A stretch of DNA of 64,000 bases from Bigelowiella natans CCMP2755 (Eukaryota > Protista > Cercozoa): positions 77,202 to 141,201 of the forward strand of contig ADNK01002379.1 of the NCBI GenBank assembly GCA_000320545.1, given 5' to 3'. Below are positions 40,493 through 53,702 of this stretch, piece by piece. Within the stretch, counting starts at the first letter, position 1, and the number at the start of each line of letters is the position of its first letter. A program made the translations under genes and the position numbers. The notes beneath the pieces were generated by a model, which was given only the letters and a program-made list of their open reading frames with translations, made no database searches and was not told the origin of the DNA.

Positions 40493-43134
40493 ACATATCA
40501 AGCACATATCAAGGGTTTGAAGTACGTTTAACATAATAATATATTTTCATTAATACACACACACGCACACACACACACACACATATATATATTGATGTGT
40601 TTGTGTGCATACATTTCACACTCACTTGCTTCCTGCAGTTTTCTTCCATTGATAGATGCCGAAGTCTATGGAAAGGTGGGGTGAAGAAACGGCTCGTGCG
40701 GTTACTGCATATACTCTCTAGGTACTCGAAGTACTGCACGAGTTTATTGGAATCTGGCCGAGTTGTTGGGTTAGGATCCAGCATCCTCCTCATGATCTTT
40801 GTAATTGGCTCTTCGACCCAGAAGGGAATGACCCATGTGCCACAACTATCATTCGAAAACAAACACAAGGGATTTCAATCTTCTACATCGGCGCTCTCTC
40901 GTTTAAGAAACAATTATTACCAGATTGCCTTCATCGTATCTACACTGTTGTCGAAGCAAAACGGGAGGAATCTAGCAACGACACGACATGTAGTAAAGTG
41001 AGAATAAATCTGCGAAGAATCGTGTATAGAATGTCCGAAAGCTTCCATTCTATACTGATAGTACCCGCAACTGAGAGTAAACGCGACGACTCCCATAGAC
41101 CATACGTCTACTTTGCGGTTGTATGGCTTTGATTTGCTCACCCCGACTATCTCGGGCGCTAAATAGTACAGCGATCCACATAATCGAATCCTAAATATAT
41201 TCAATAGATTATAAGATGAGTGGGATGCTCGGTAACGATTGTTTGGTTTCTTCATTCCTATGGTGCTGCTGCTACCCCCTTGTTGTGGGGGTCGTGCGTA
41301 GTTAAGAAAATCTACTGAAACAGAGCAGAGTGTTTATTTTAGGATGTCCATGATTCTTCAGCCCAATATTTTCATTTATGTCTAGATTCTCATTTTACGA
41401 GGATCGAGACGTGGTCGCGCAGCCAAAGTCGATGAGCACGATTTTGTATTCTTTATCATTGGATTTGCACTAAACAAAGGAACAACAGCAACGATGTTGC
41501 ACTGTATGAAAACAAAAGTAAAACGATGTTGTATCGTGTGTAAATGCGAACATAAAACTAAAAAGTACTTTTGCCAGCAATGACAGTGACATCAAACAAT
41601 TGCTCTAGTTTTCAATTACGATCAGGATGTTCTCCAGTTTGATATCCCTGTGCATAATGCCTCTTGAATGCCTGAATTAAGTTTATATCCATAGCCGGGT
41701 AACGATAGATGAAGCAGACTGATACTCATTTCAGACTCCAAATTAAAGTAGTCCTTGGTAATAGGGATTAAGGTTATTATTACATGTATGCGACAGCGTT
41801 TGCTAATTGAAGCATAATGGTGGCCACAGTCTTCACATGAAGGCATTTTGCAGACAACAGAAATCTGAGGAAGTATATGTGTGCGTGCGTGCGTGTGTAT
41901 GTGCGGCGTGTATATTAAAATCAAACGTTCTTTCGCACAGACATCTTCAAACTATGATGCTTGCTGGATATTGGGAATATAGGGTACGGTTGCCTCTCGA
42001 TACTATCAAACGACGATAAGTTATATTCAGATCAATAAATACTCGAAAAGATCGCCTCCTGGAATGTAATTCATCGTGATTCCTGAATGAAAAGGGGCCC
42101 CGTATTATCATAAAGCGCATAGTTTCAGTCATTTTTTTGAAAAAAGGACGATTGGTGCAGAAAGTCGGCTGTCCAGTGCGTACATGCAGTACACAATCAG
42201 TAGAATTGACGATAGTATTATGGCATTACCGCATCTGGTATCTCCTTCCGATGGAGAGAACTTATCGCCCAATCGAACGATATTCTTGTGATTTAGCTTC
42301 CTAAAAAAGAGTGAGAAACTCGCCATCGTTATGTTTTTCCTTGGGCAGTACATTCGGAACTCTGTAGGCAATGTACTTCTCATAGGGAAAAAAAACTCAA
42401 CAACAAGGAATCAAACAGGAGGGAACAACCTTAGAATTTGGTATTCTGTCCATGCCAACTTCCTATGCTTCCGAGACATAAGCTTTACGACAATCTGGGT
42501 GTGGATAGAGATAATATACTTATATTGCGTCTTTATTCGCTGGCACATCCTCGCTCATGGCTCTCAAGCACAGCTCAAAGCGGTTCAGCAGAATATGTCT
42601 TACGAATCATTTGCTGGATCTTGGTGATCGATGAAAAGAACTTCTTAATTCTTTTTTCCAAGAACATATAGCAGGACAACTGTGAGAAATGTCTAGAAAC
42701 AAGCCTTCTTATAGCTATCGCGTTTGCATTGAAACAAAATGGCAAGGCATGTGTATGCTACACCTTGGATTTGGGATTGCCATTAGCGGTTGCAAGGAAG
42801 ACCTGGTGGGATCATGAAAGTTAAACTAAATAGGAAGTCTGAATACCATACATCTCTAGTCCCTGCTGGCAAATGGACAGCAATATGTGTCATTGAAGGA
42901 GGGCACAGAACAACAAAATCTACAAATGGTTTCTCTTTCCGTGTCTATCACTTTTTCATTTTAGTCTCCAACACTTCCATGATATGTGTGAATAGAAAGC
43001 CTCCAAACCTTGGATGTAGAACCCTCTCCGAGTTTCATCTCGATCGTATATTCTTGCTCGCCGCACTTGAATTCGGGCATGGCTGGACGGCCGAGCATTC
43101 CATGCCGGGCAGTGATTGGTTCTTTCGCATCCAT
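39700..43134 (-). CDS. Ser/Thr protein kinase (CAMK-like), multi-exon
   Basis: YTIEMKLGEGSTSK (I), IVVKLM...TEYQIL (II/III), LNHKNIVRL, HSRGIMHRDIKLENILI (VIb), LIDFG (VII), CGSLYYLAPE (VIII), DVWSMGV (IX), MLDPNPTTRP (XI). Both ends are approximate. Confidence 0.88.
39878..40097 (-). repeat. 114-bp (38-aa) diverged tandem duplication in the kinase C-terminal tail
   Basis: TASNAPPQKAPLSTPLLSRK... versus TASNASPPKGPLSTPLLGRK... Confidence 0.85.
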
Positions 43135-43159
43135 CTTATCCTATCATCCATCGTGGTAG

Positions 43160-45525
43160 TGGATGGTTCCTTCGCATCCATCTCATCCTTTCATCTTCCA
43201 TGGTGTGCGCGCGTGTTCTTGAGGGCTTGACCACGTGGACACGTGGATGCCGAGTCCGAGGGCACGGGTTGTGTCTCTCATCTTGATGAAACCCTAGGAA
43301 ACCCTAGGAATCCCTTCCTTTTTGTCAACTGCGACAATGATCATGGGGTCCAACGGGTTTTTTTCGGTTTTTGCAGAAATTCTTCAAAAAAGAAACAAAT
43401 TTGGCCGGTGACATCCATTTCATGTCGCTCGCCAAAAGATTTGAAGTTCTGAAGTTGTTCAAAGTGTCAACCACCTCATCCATCATTGCACTCACTTGAA
43501 TGCAGAGAGATGCAAGCTTCTCTCGCACATGAGATCAGCTCTGGGTTCAGCTTCTTCCCTCCACTCTTCATTCTTTGACGCTCCAGACTCCTCCAAAACC
43601 AAAATTCTGCTGGGGGCCCCCTCAGATGATCCAATCGTAGATCGTCGTGTGGACATGGCCTTCAGGAAGTTTTTGCTCAGAGTGGAGGTCTTGCGCCGTC
43701 AGAATTTTGCTGCTAGTGTCATTGCTTCTCAATGACCAAGTCATGCCATTTTGGCAAACCAGCTAGTTGATTTGCTAGTCACAGTCCTCACTAAAACCAG
43801 TTCGAGGCACTGCACTTTGCACACTGCAAGTGTCTTGCAACACTTTGGAAGTGCAGTTCTTCATCATTGTTTCATTGTTTCTGAACGAAGACTGGAGCGA
43901 GGAGACTGCAACATCTCGCTTTGGGGAAAGCCACATGAAACAGCACCTTTGAGAATCAAGTTCGAGGCAGCTGTTCTTGCTGATTGACTCCACTCCAACG
44001 GACTGATTGACGGCTGCACGTTTTGCAGGCCCAGTTGCAGCAATTGCAACGTGTTTCTGCGATTTGGTTGCAATCAGAGCCATTGCGCATGATCACCAAC
44101 AGGGTGCTGACAAGTCCTTGCAACGAGTGTTGTTGAGGCTCTGCTGCATGCAAACGCCTGTCTCCCATGTGGTTCTGGCGCATGCAGATTTGATCAACGC
44201 TTTGTTCATTGTTCATTGTTCATTGTTCATTGTTCATTGTTCGCAACCCGTTCTGAACCTCCGCAGAATTCGTCAGATTTTCGGACGAAAAACCATGTCA
44301 CCCAAAGTGCCATCGGGGCTTCCGCATTCCTGAGAGTCCCTGGCAGAATGCCCGGTGTTCTGCAGGCAGAAGTTGGGTGTTTTCCCACACCAGAAAGGCA
44401 AAAATCGGGATTCTGCCCTTGCCTCCCCTGGGGTCAGCATCAAACTGTCCGACGCCAATCAGATGGGATCAGTCAAACTGTCCGGAGTCGGGATTCATCG
44501 ATCTGGCGCGAACACAGTTGCTCCGCCCGTTGGCGCAACCGTCCTCCATGCAGTCTGGCACCCCGCAACCCACCTGCCATCGGAAACCTTGCGCCGAACG
44601 GCACGGTGAAGCTGCACGGTTTGAAACATCACGTCCACCACCGGGCTAGCGGGTCGAGCAGTTTCATCCACTTTCGTGCACCAGCTGGCGTCACGTGAAC
44701 ATCGCGATGTCCAGGCCTGCTTTCCCCTCCGCATCGCAACCTGTCGGCTCGTCTGCCCCTCTGTCCACTTCTCATCCTGTGCGGTGTGCCGGCTTAGCGT
44801 CGGCTGACGCTGTCGTCATTCCTTCCTCTGTGTCGGCTTCTGTGTCCCCATGATGCCCTGCGCGCACGCTGTCGTGACGCCGTCTCCGCATGTGGTTCCC
44901 GCCGGGGCTAGCTAGCTAGACAGCCCGAGAAAACGACAAACATCGCTGATGGAAAGTTTTTTCTCACAGCTGCTCCACCAGACAAGTTCTCTGATTTGCT
45001 CGAAGGAAAACCGAAAGGTGCAGCAGTCACCTCATTGCATCCGGTTGCATTGCGCAATGATGCAACCGCCCAATTCACACGCAAGTGTGAAGGACAGTGT
45101 TGGAAACTTTTGGCACAGCCAAAACCCGCTTGCTAGCTTGGTGCAACAAGGAAAACGTTGAGTTGCAAAAGGGAACTTTTGCAGCACAAGTTGGCGAAGT
45201 GATGTCAGAGAAAAGTGCTGGATTTTCAATCTGAAAATGGCGTGATGTGATATGATGTGACTGGGCCAGTCGTCACATCAAAGTGAAACGCGCGCGCAAA
45301 AGTCAAAAGACCCGCGTGCGAGCGGCAATGACACCTTGGGAGCTTGGTTTGGCACGCACATGCTCAAGCTCACAATGTGTTTTCATCGTCAGGGTTTCAT
45401 CATTGTTTTGCTCTCAAAAGCTTTGTCAACATTGACGTGCAATCACGAGCATCAGCAAGCAGCACGTCTGTGAGCCAATTGCACGTGTGAGAGTCCCAAG
45501 CACGCATTCAAGTTCAATGTGTCGC
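43160..45525. other. TpA-depleted block 3
   Basis: By eye, about 4 non-CTAG TpA and 10 CTAG in about 2.36 kb. Confidence 0.9.
43776..43880 (+). repeat. Dispersed repeat, copy A
   Basis: TAGTCACAGTCCTCACT...CAGTTCGAGGCACTGC...TGTCTTGCAACA.TTTGGAA.TGCAGTTC aligns with 48339-48450. Confidence 0.88.
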
Positions 45526-45642
45526 TATGTATCGCGTCTGGGTGCGTGCGGTGGCCATTCCAGCATGTGACATCGTTTTGCAATGATGAAATGAGCTTCC
45601 AGTTGCAATTCGAGCGATGCGCACCTCACCCTGGATGCATGA

Positions 45643-45692
45643 CCATCACAGTTTTCGTGCCATCACAGTTTTCGTGCCATCACAGTTTTCGT
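45643..45692. repeat. 17-bp tandem repeat (CCATCACAGTTTTCGTG) x3
   Basis: Seen directly. Confidence 0.9.
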
Positions 45693-45883
45693 TTGCGCGC
45701 AACTGGTTCTCGTTTTCACAATGTGCAATTCTTGGCAATGCCACACAGTATTGTCTGACGCCAATTGGATGATGGCAAGCTAGCTAGACAAACGACGTAG
45801 GTCATGGTAAGAGTTCTTTCAACAAGAGGCACACCATGCAGCTACATTGTGTGTTTGCACTGAGTGCCACTGTGGCATGTCTG

Positions 45884-47263
45884 TCAACCGAGCAAGAAGT
45901 TGTGTGCAATTGTATCTACGACATCCATGTGATATCCACCTTCCTGCACAACCAACAATGGGACATCGCTAGAATTGCTGCATGCATTTACTTCGCTTTC
46001 TCCATTACAATTTGCCCTTGATGCATCACCACTCCTATCTCCACATGGTAGGAAGAAACTACGAATAAGATTCCCCATTTCTTTAAAGTCATCAACCTCA
46101 AGTGCCATTCCTGCTGAGTCGATGGAGTCAGGATCCCCTTTTACTGTATCAGCTCCGAAACTCACAATTACCACATCCGGTTCAAACCTCCGCATTTGCT
46201 GCAATGCCCCAAGAAGTGCTTCTCTATATGATATATCATTGGTATCCCCACCCCCTCCCCCTTCAGCTATTCGCCCGCTGTTTACCCCCCCCTCTTTTTC
46301 AACGCTGCCAGCGTTCTGTTTCGAGCTGCCATTGGGCTTATCAGTTCGAGGAGATGACGCGGAAGTAGATAACCATTTCACTTTCTTCGGCAATGGGATG
46401 TTAAGATTGCCGCAGGCTTTTGCTGCTAATGCTCGGTGTTTGGTAACCTGGCGTTTTTTCCAATCTTTCTCTACTCCTCGTGGAGTGCTATCCCCAACTT
46501 TCCCATCACTCTCTGCCATCACCAGAAACCCCTTTCCTGCACCACGTTCGTCTTTGAACCCAGAGAAATGCGGATAGTCGAAGCGCGGGTCCATGTGCAA
46601 CGATACCGTAAAAACGCTGTCGTCATCCCAGAACACGCTCTGTGTGCCATCGCCGTGGTGGTAGTCGACGTCCAGTATGCCGATCTTCTTCATCCCGCGC
46701 GACTGGAGCTCTTTTGCAGCGATACAGGCGTTGTTGAGATAGCAGTAGCCGCCGAATTGCCTCTGATGCATACATGATAAATCGGTAGCTAGAAGGTGAA
46801 AATAGCTCCAGTAGCAACAGCACTGTCTTTATCATCGCTGTCGCCGTAATCATCGTCACCATCATCATCATCATCAGTAGCAGCAGCAGCAGCAGCAGCA
46901 GCAGCATCGTTGTCATCATCACAGCTGATACCCTAATATGCACTGCTCTTACAACAATTGCAACTACCTGATGAGCATGATGGCCTGGATGTAAGGTTAG
47001 AGCGTATCTATTAAACATTATGAAAATAGAACGTATTAATGATGCAATGTTCTCGGTAGAGTCCCTGGTACATCGCTCTACTTGCATCAGAAAGCAACAT
47101 TTTGGTATTACGCATATGTAGCTTGCCGGTTAGCGATCGCATCCGCTGCTTTGAGGACACAAAGAACAGAATGCATAACTTCTGTGTACCTGGCGAGTAA
47201 TGATGGTGATGGATTTTTGATAACGATCGCATCTCAGTGTTCATTGGGTGAGTGAGTGAGTAA

Positions 47264-47304
<41 letters not shown>

Positions 47305-47952
47305 GGGCGAGGATGAAGAGAACAAATTCAACATAGGTTCGCGCACAACAAGCGATCTCATTTGTGTTAGAAGCAGCACTCTCATTTGCTGTTACGTGGT
47401 CTCGGCAAGCGGTGTAAAAGGGTCCGTCGCATAGAAGTTTACATTTAGCCACGTCACTGGAGACGGCTGGGGCGCAAAACAGCTCTTGTCTCTGTGATTG
47501 TTGTTGCGAATAGGCGGTCTGTGGTACGGAATGAGGTATCCGCTTGAATCACGATGGTCCAGATCACCGCTTTCCTTCCACGCAGTGTATGCTTGTTTCA
47601 TAAATGTTAGAAATCCTTCATCGTGTACTCTTGCGGCAGCGCTTTCAATTCTTCTGATCTCTTCCTCAGATGGTGCGGGGTCAACTTCAGAGATGTGGAT
47701 CTTGCGAATAGTGCGACTGTGAGAAGAGAGTGGTTTTTGAGGACCCCTCTCTTCATTCTTCTCGTCGCTTCTAGCTTGATATTCCATCTGACGCAGCCTC
47801 TTTGCTATTTTCCTCGCTCTTTCCTCCGGTTTGTTCGTGTAAGGACGTTCTGTGTGCTGTTTCACTTCCCCCCCTTCTCCAGATCCTTCCTCGTCGATGA
47901 AGGCTGGTATGAACGCCGTCAGCGATGGAGCTCTCGAGTCGCCTCGTCGCAT
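45884..47952 (-). CDS. Histone deacetylase superfamily protein, acetylpolyamine amidohydrolase (APAH)-like
   Basis: RVHDEGFLTFM, DPFTP, PGHHA, FGGYCYLNNACIAA, ILDVDYHHGDGTQ, VSLH.DP...YP.FSG...ERGAGKG, NLNIPLP, VSFGAD...DP, VQEGGY. Confidence 0.9.
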
Positions 47953-48344
47953 TGTACCTTTAACTTTAGAATTTGGAATAATTGATTCTGTCCTCCACTT
48001 CCGTCTCAGCAATAACTCAGGCCTCTGCCGCTCTCCAACTACACGTGCGCGTCTATGCAACTGCGACAATAAAGGAGGAGCAGGGGTGTGCGGGATGAAT
48101 AGTGTGGCTGATATCAATAAAATTCCTGTTGAGGTCAAAACAGCCGTCTTCATTGGGACAAGGCCGCCATGTGGAGGAGGTGAGGGGGGAGGAAAAGGGG
48201 CATTCCCTTCGGGTAGAAAGACCAAGCAATTGTTCTGACAAATGAGAATAAATACTTGCAAATTCATTGTCGCAACTAGGAAAACACAGGCGACTATTTC
48301 TAATTGAACTCTGCACAGTTTGATCGATGTACTGCTCGTAGTCA

Positions 48345-50654
<2,310 letters not shown>

Positions 50655-50999
50655 TTAGGTGTTTGAGTTGTGTGGAAGACAGAGTGATGACAGTGATGGC
50701 CTCTTCGGGAGCGGATCCAGAAAAGTAGAAGATTGTTCTAACGACACAAAATACAGGCCATTTATGAAATAATACAATGACAGTCTGTTAAAATTGTGTG
50801 CAAATCACAGTACCAAAATTGAAGCAATCTGGTTGGTGGACACCCACCAGACCATGACGACGCCCAACCTGCGTGTCGGTTGGAGAAACACCGAAGAAAT
50901 CCTCCAAAATCTCCTGTGTTTAATTGTGCGAGATGGCGGATGGATTTCTCTCTGTTTTTCCCTTGAGTTCTTGGACGTAGATGTGAAATACAGGCCACA

Positions 51000-52045
51000 T
51001 CGTGATTTCCGTGCCAAATTCATTTCAAATGTCTTGTTTTTCACGTTCCCCCCTAGCCATCTTCGCATTTTGGGTTCATGTTCTGACGATGATGTTCATC
51101 GATGTGCAGAAATTTCGGAGGCTTTCTTTTTCGTGATGGTTTTTTCGAGCCCACGCACGTGTCAATGCCATGCTGGCATGTTCAATGTTCAATGTTTTTG
51201 GTTCCATGCGTTTTGTGTGAAGGTGTCGCATTGCCAGATTGGCTGTGTAGCTAGGTAGGGACTCATGAGTCCGTGCAACTAGCAGACCAAAAATGAGTCC
51301 AGAAGGTCCAGAAGTGTGCGCGCTCTGGCGCTGTCATTGCGCACTGTGCACGGAGAACGGGGGGGCACGAGAATTCTTCATTGAAAAACGAAGCGACGCC
51401 AACGACGGAGTCAGAGAAAAATGTGCTTGGTTCATTTTTGAGAACGGAATCGCTAGATCGGGCTAGCTGGCTAGCAGGCTAGCAGGCCAGCTAGCTGGCT
51501 GGCTAGCGCTGGCATCGCAGGGCTTTCAATTGCGCTCAACCTCAGCAACATCCGACCTCTCTAGCTGGCTAGCTCTGGTTGCCGAGAAAACTCACTTTTT
51601 GTGAAGGCGCGCGCGTTTGAACTGGTTGAGAAGCAAGTTGGCAGCTGCGCAGTCTAGCCATGGCTAGCATGCAGTCTAGCAGTGCCAGAGTGGTCGCGCT
51701 AATCAGTCCCAACTAGCCCAACCTAGCAACTAGCTAGCTAGCTAGCGCTAGCCCAACGATGCATGAGCAGTCCATCAGCTCTGGAGCTGGCCAGCTAGCC
51801 AGCTTCCACGCATGTGCCCAAGTCCAGACGATGCCAGGACGACATGCCAGCAGCATGCGATGCTAGCATGGCACACCAGCTAGCCAGCAGGCATGCACGC
51901 TAGCACGCTGCTGGAACCGTGCGTTGGTTGACTCTTATTGCTAGCTTGCTAGTTTGTGTTTGCTTGTCCCCGGCGGTCATCTTTGCGCTCAAGCTAGCTT
52001 GCTCACGCTGCGTTGTTGTTTCCATTGATGCTAGCTAGCTAGGGA
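51000..52045. other. TpA-depleted block 5 with CTAG/CCAG/CTGG mosaic arrays
   Basis: About 4 non-CTAG TpA in about 1 kb. Example: gctagctggctagcaggctagcaggccagctagctggctggctagc. Confidence 0.85.
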
Positions 52046-52327
52046 GCAAAACGCATGCATGTATGGATGTTTACACACAGCTGCTGTGTAGACGTGTAGA
52101 CGCAAGGAACATCTAGACAGAACTAGATATGACAAAACTGTGCAAGTCGAACGACATCAAAATCGTAGCATGCACATTGAAGCAAAAAAAAGCGAAACAA
52201 TATGCACACATTAGATCCGGAAATGTACTGGGCTTTTCAGCTGGAGCAGTAACTTGTTGGATGCAGTCGCGAATTGTTTTGTTTTATTGCTTCAACAGCG
52301 CCTTGATGCCTGTTAGTTGTAGCATGA

Positions 52328-52366
<39 letters not shown>

Positions 52367-52436
52367 CTCTAAAGGTAAAAACTCCTGCTAATGATAGGGG
52401 TGATGATGATCGGAAAAACAAAAAGAACGTACAACT

Positions 52437-52497
52437 CACCGCTGATGAATGGGAATCCTCTCCTGAATTCTCGCTGTAGGACCTAACGTAAATATTT

Positions 52498-52543
<46 letters not shown>

Positions 52544-52708
52544 TTTATGTATGTATATCAAGAGGATATAAGAATAGCTATCATGGAGGGCACGCGAAAA
52601 ATGAAGAGGAGAAGGAAGAAGAGAAACGGTCGAGAAGGCAATAGTTTCTACTAACGTCATTTGTTCATTTGTTCATATCGCACTTACTCTACTCCAACCA
52701 GCAGCATC

Positions 52709-52741
<33 letters not shown>

Positions 52742-53060
52742 GTCATCCACATCAGCACCATTACCGTGGGGTAGTAGGCGTCAACAACCTTGTCGATCTA
52801 AACGAAAGTTAAAGGCAATATTAGGAAGGAGAAAGAATGGAGAAGGGGGGGGAGAGAAAGGGCTTCAAAATCGGTTTTCCGCGTGCGCCACTCGTTACGA
52901 AGATGCAAAGAATAATTAGCTTCTCCGAAAAGATGAAACTATCAGCAATCATCAACGTGGTGAAAATTTTTAATTGCGCGCGATATCCTAGGGGAGGAAG
53001 TTAAAATAGCCCAGCATTTACACATCGCTGGCGTCTCTTACATATTATAATACACCGCAT

Positions 53061-53127
<67 letters not shown>

Positions 53128-53626
53128 AACAGGCCATGTTGCATAATTCAATTCACATATACCGCCTCTTCCTTGATTCGTCTCGGTACGATAGGCATCG
53201 CCTTCACTTCTGCGACTCTGCGCACAGCCTTTTCGAGCTGCGACGGAGAAGAAAGGGACAAAGATTGCACGTCATTCGCAAATTCGTCATTCTCAAAATC
53301 ACACACACACATGCGCGCGCGCGCGCGCACGCACAGAGAGGGAGGGAGAAAGAGAGAGAGAGGGAGAGAGCATACGACTACTACACAAGAGCTCACCAGG
53401 CGCATGTCCGTGCCGTCCATTTTGGCCTTTGCTGACGCTTCAACGCGGTTATTGCGAAGTGCTTTCCACATCCGTCGCACGTGTGCCTTCAAAATCTAGG
53501 GCGGCGGGTGGTTGAGAGAATAGGGGGTGGGAGAGGAGGGAATATGGATGGGGAGGGAAAGGCAAAACGTCGAAACGGTCAAATCTATCATCTGAAGCGT
53601 TCGTCTGCAGCCTGAATGCTCTTTAC

Positions 53627-53702
<76 letters not shown>

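Noticed and set aside
43289-43308. AAACCCTAGG x2 as a telomeric or telo-box element
   Set aside because: Only two imperfect copies; equally explained as surviving CTAG sites.
44245-44920. Autonomous transposon in desert 3
   Set aside because: Repeat-like motifs (CAAACTGTCCG x2) are present, but I could not identify a transposase, RT motif, TIR pair or target-site duplication.
45643-45692. Short direct repeats (also 12417-12480) as a CRISPR array
   Set aside because: No spacers, no cas genes, eukaryotic context.
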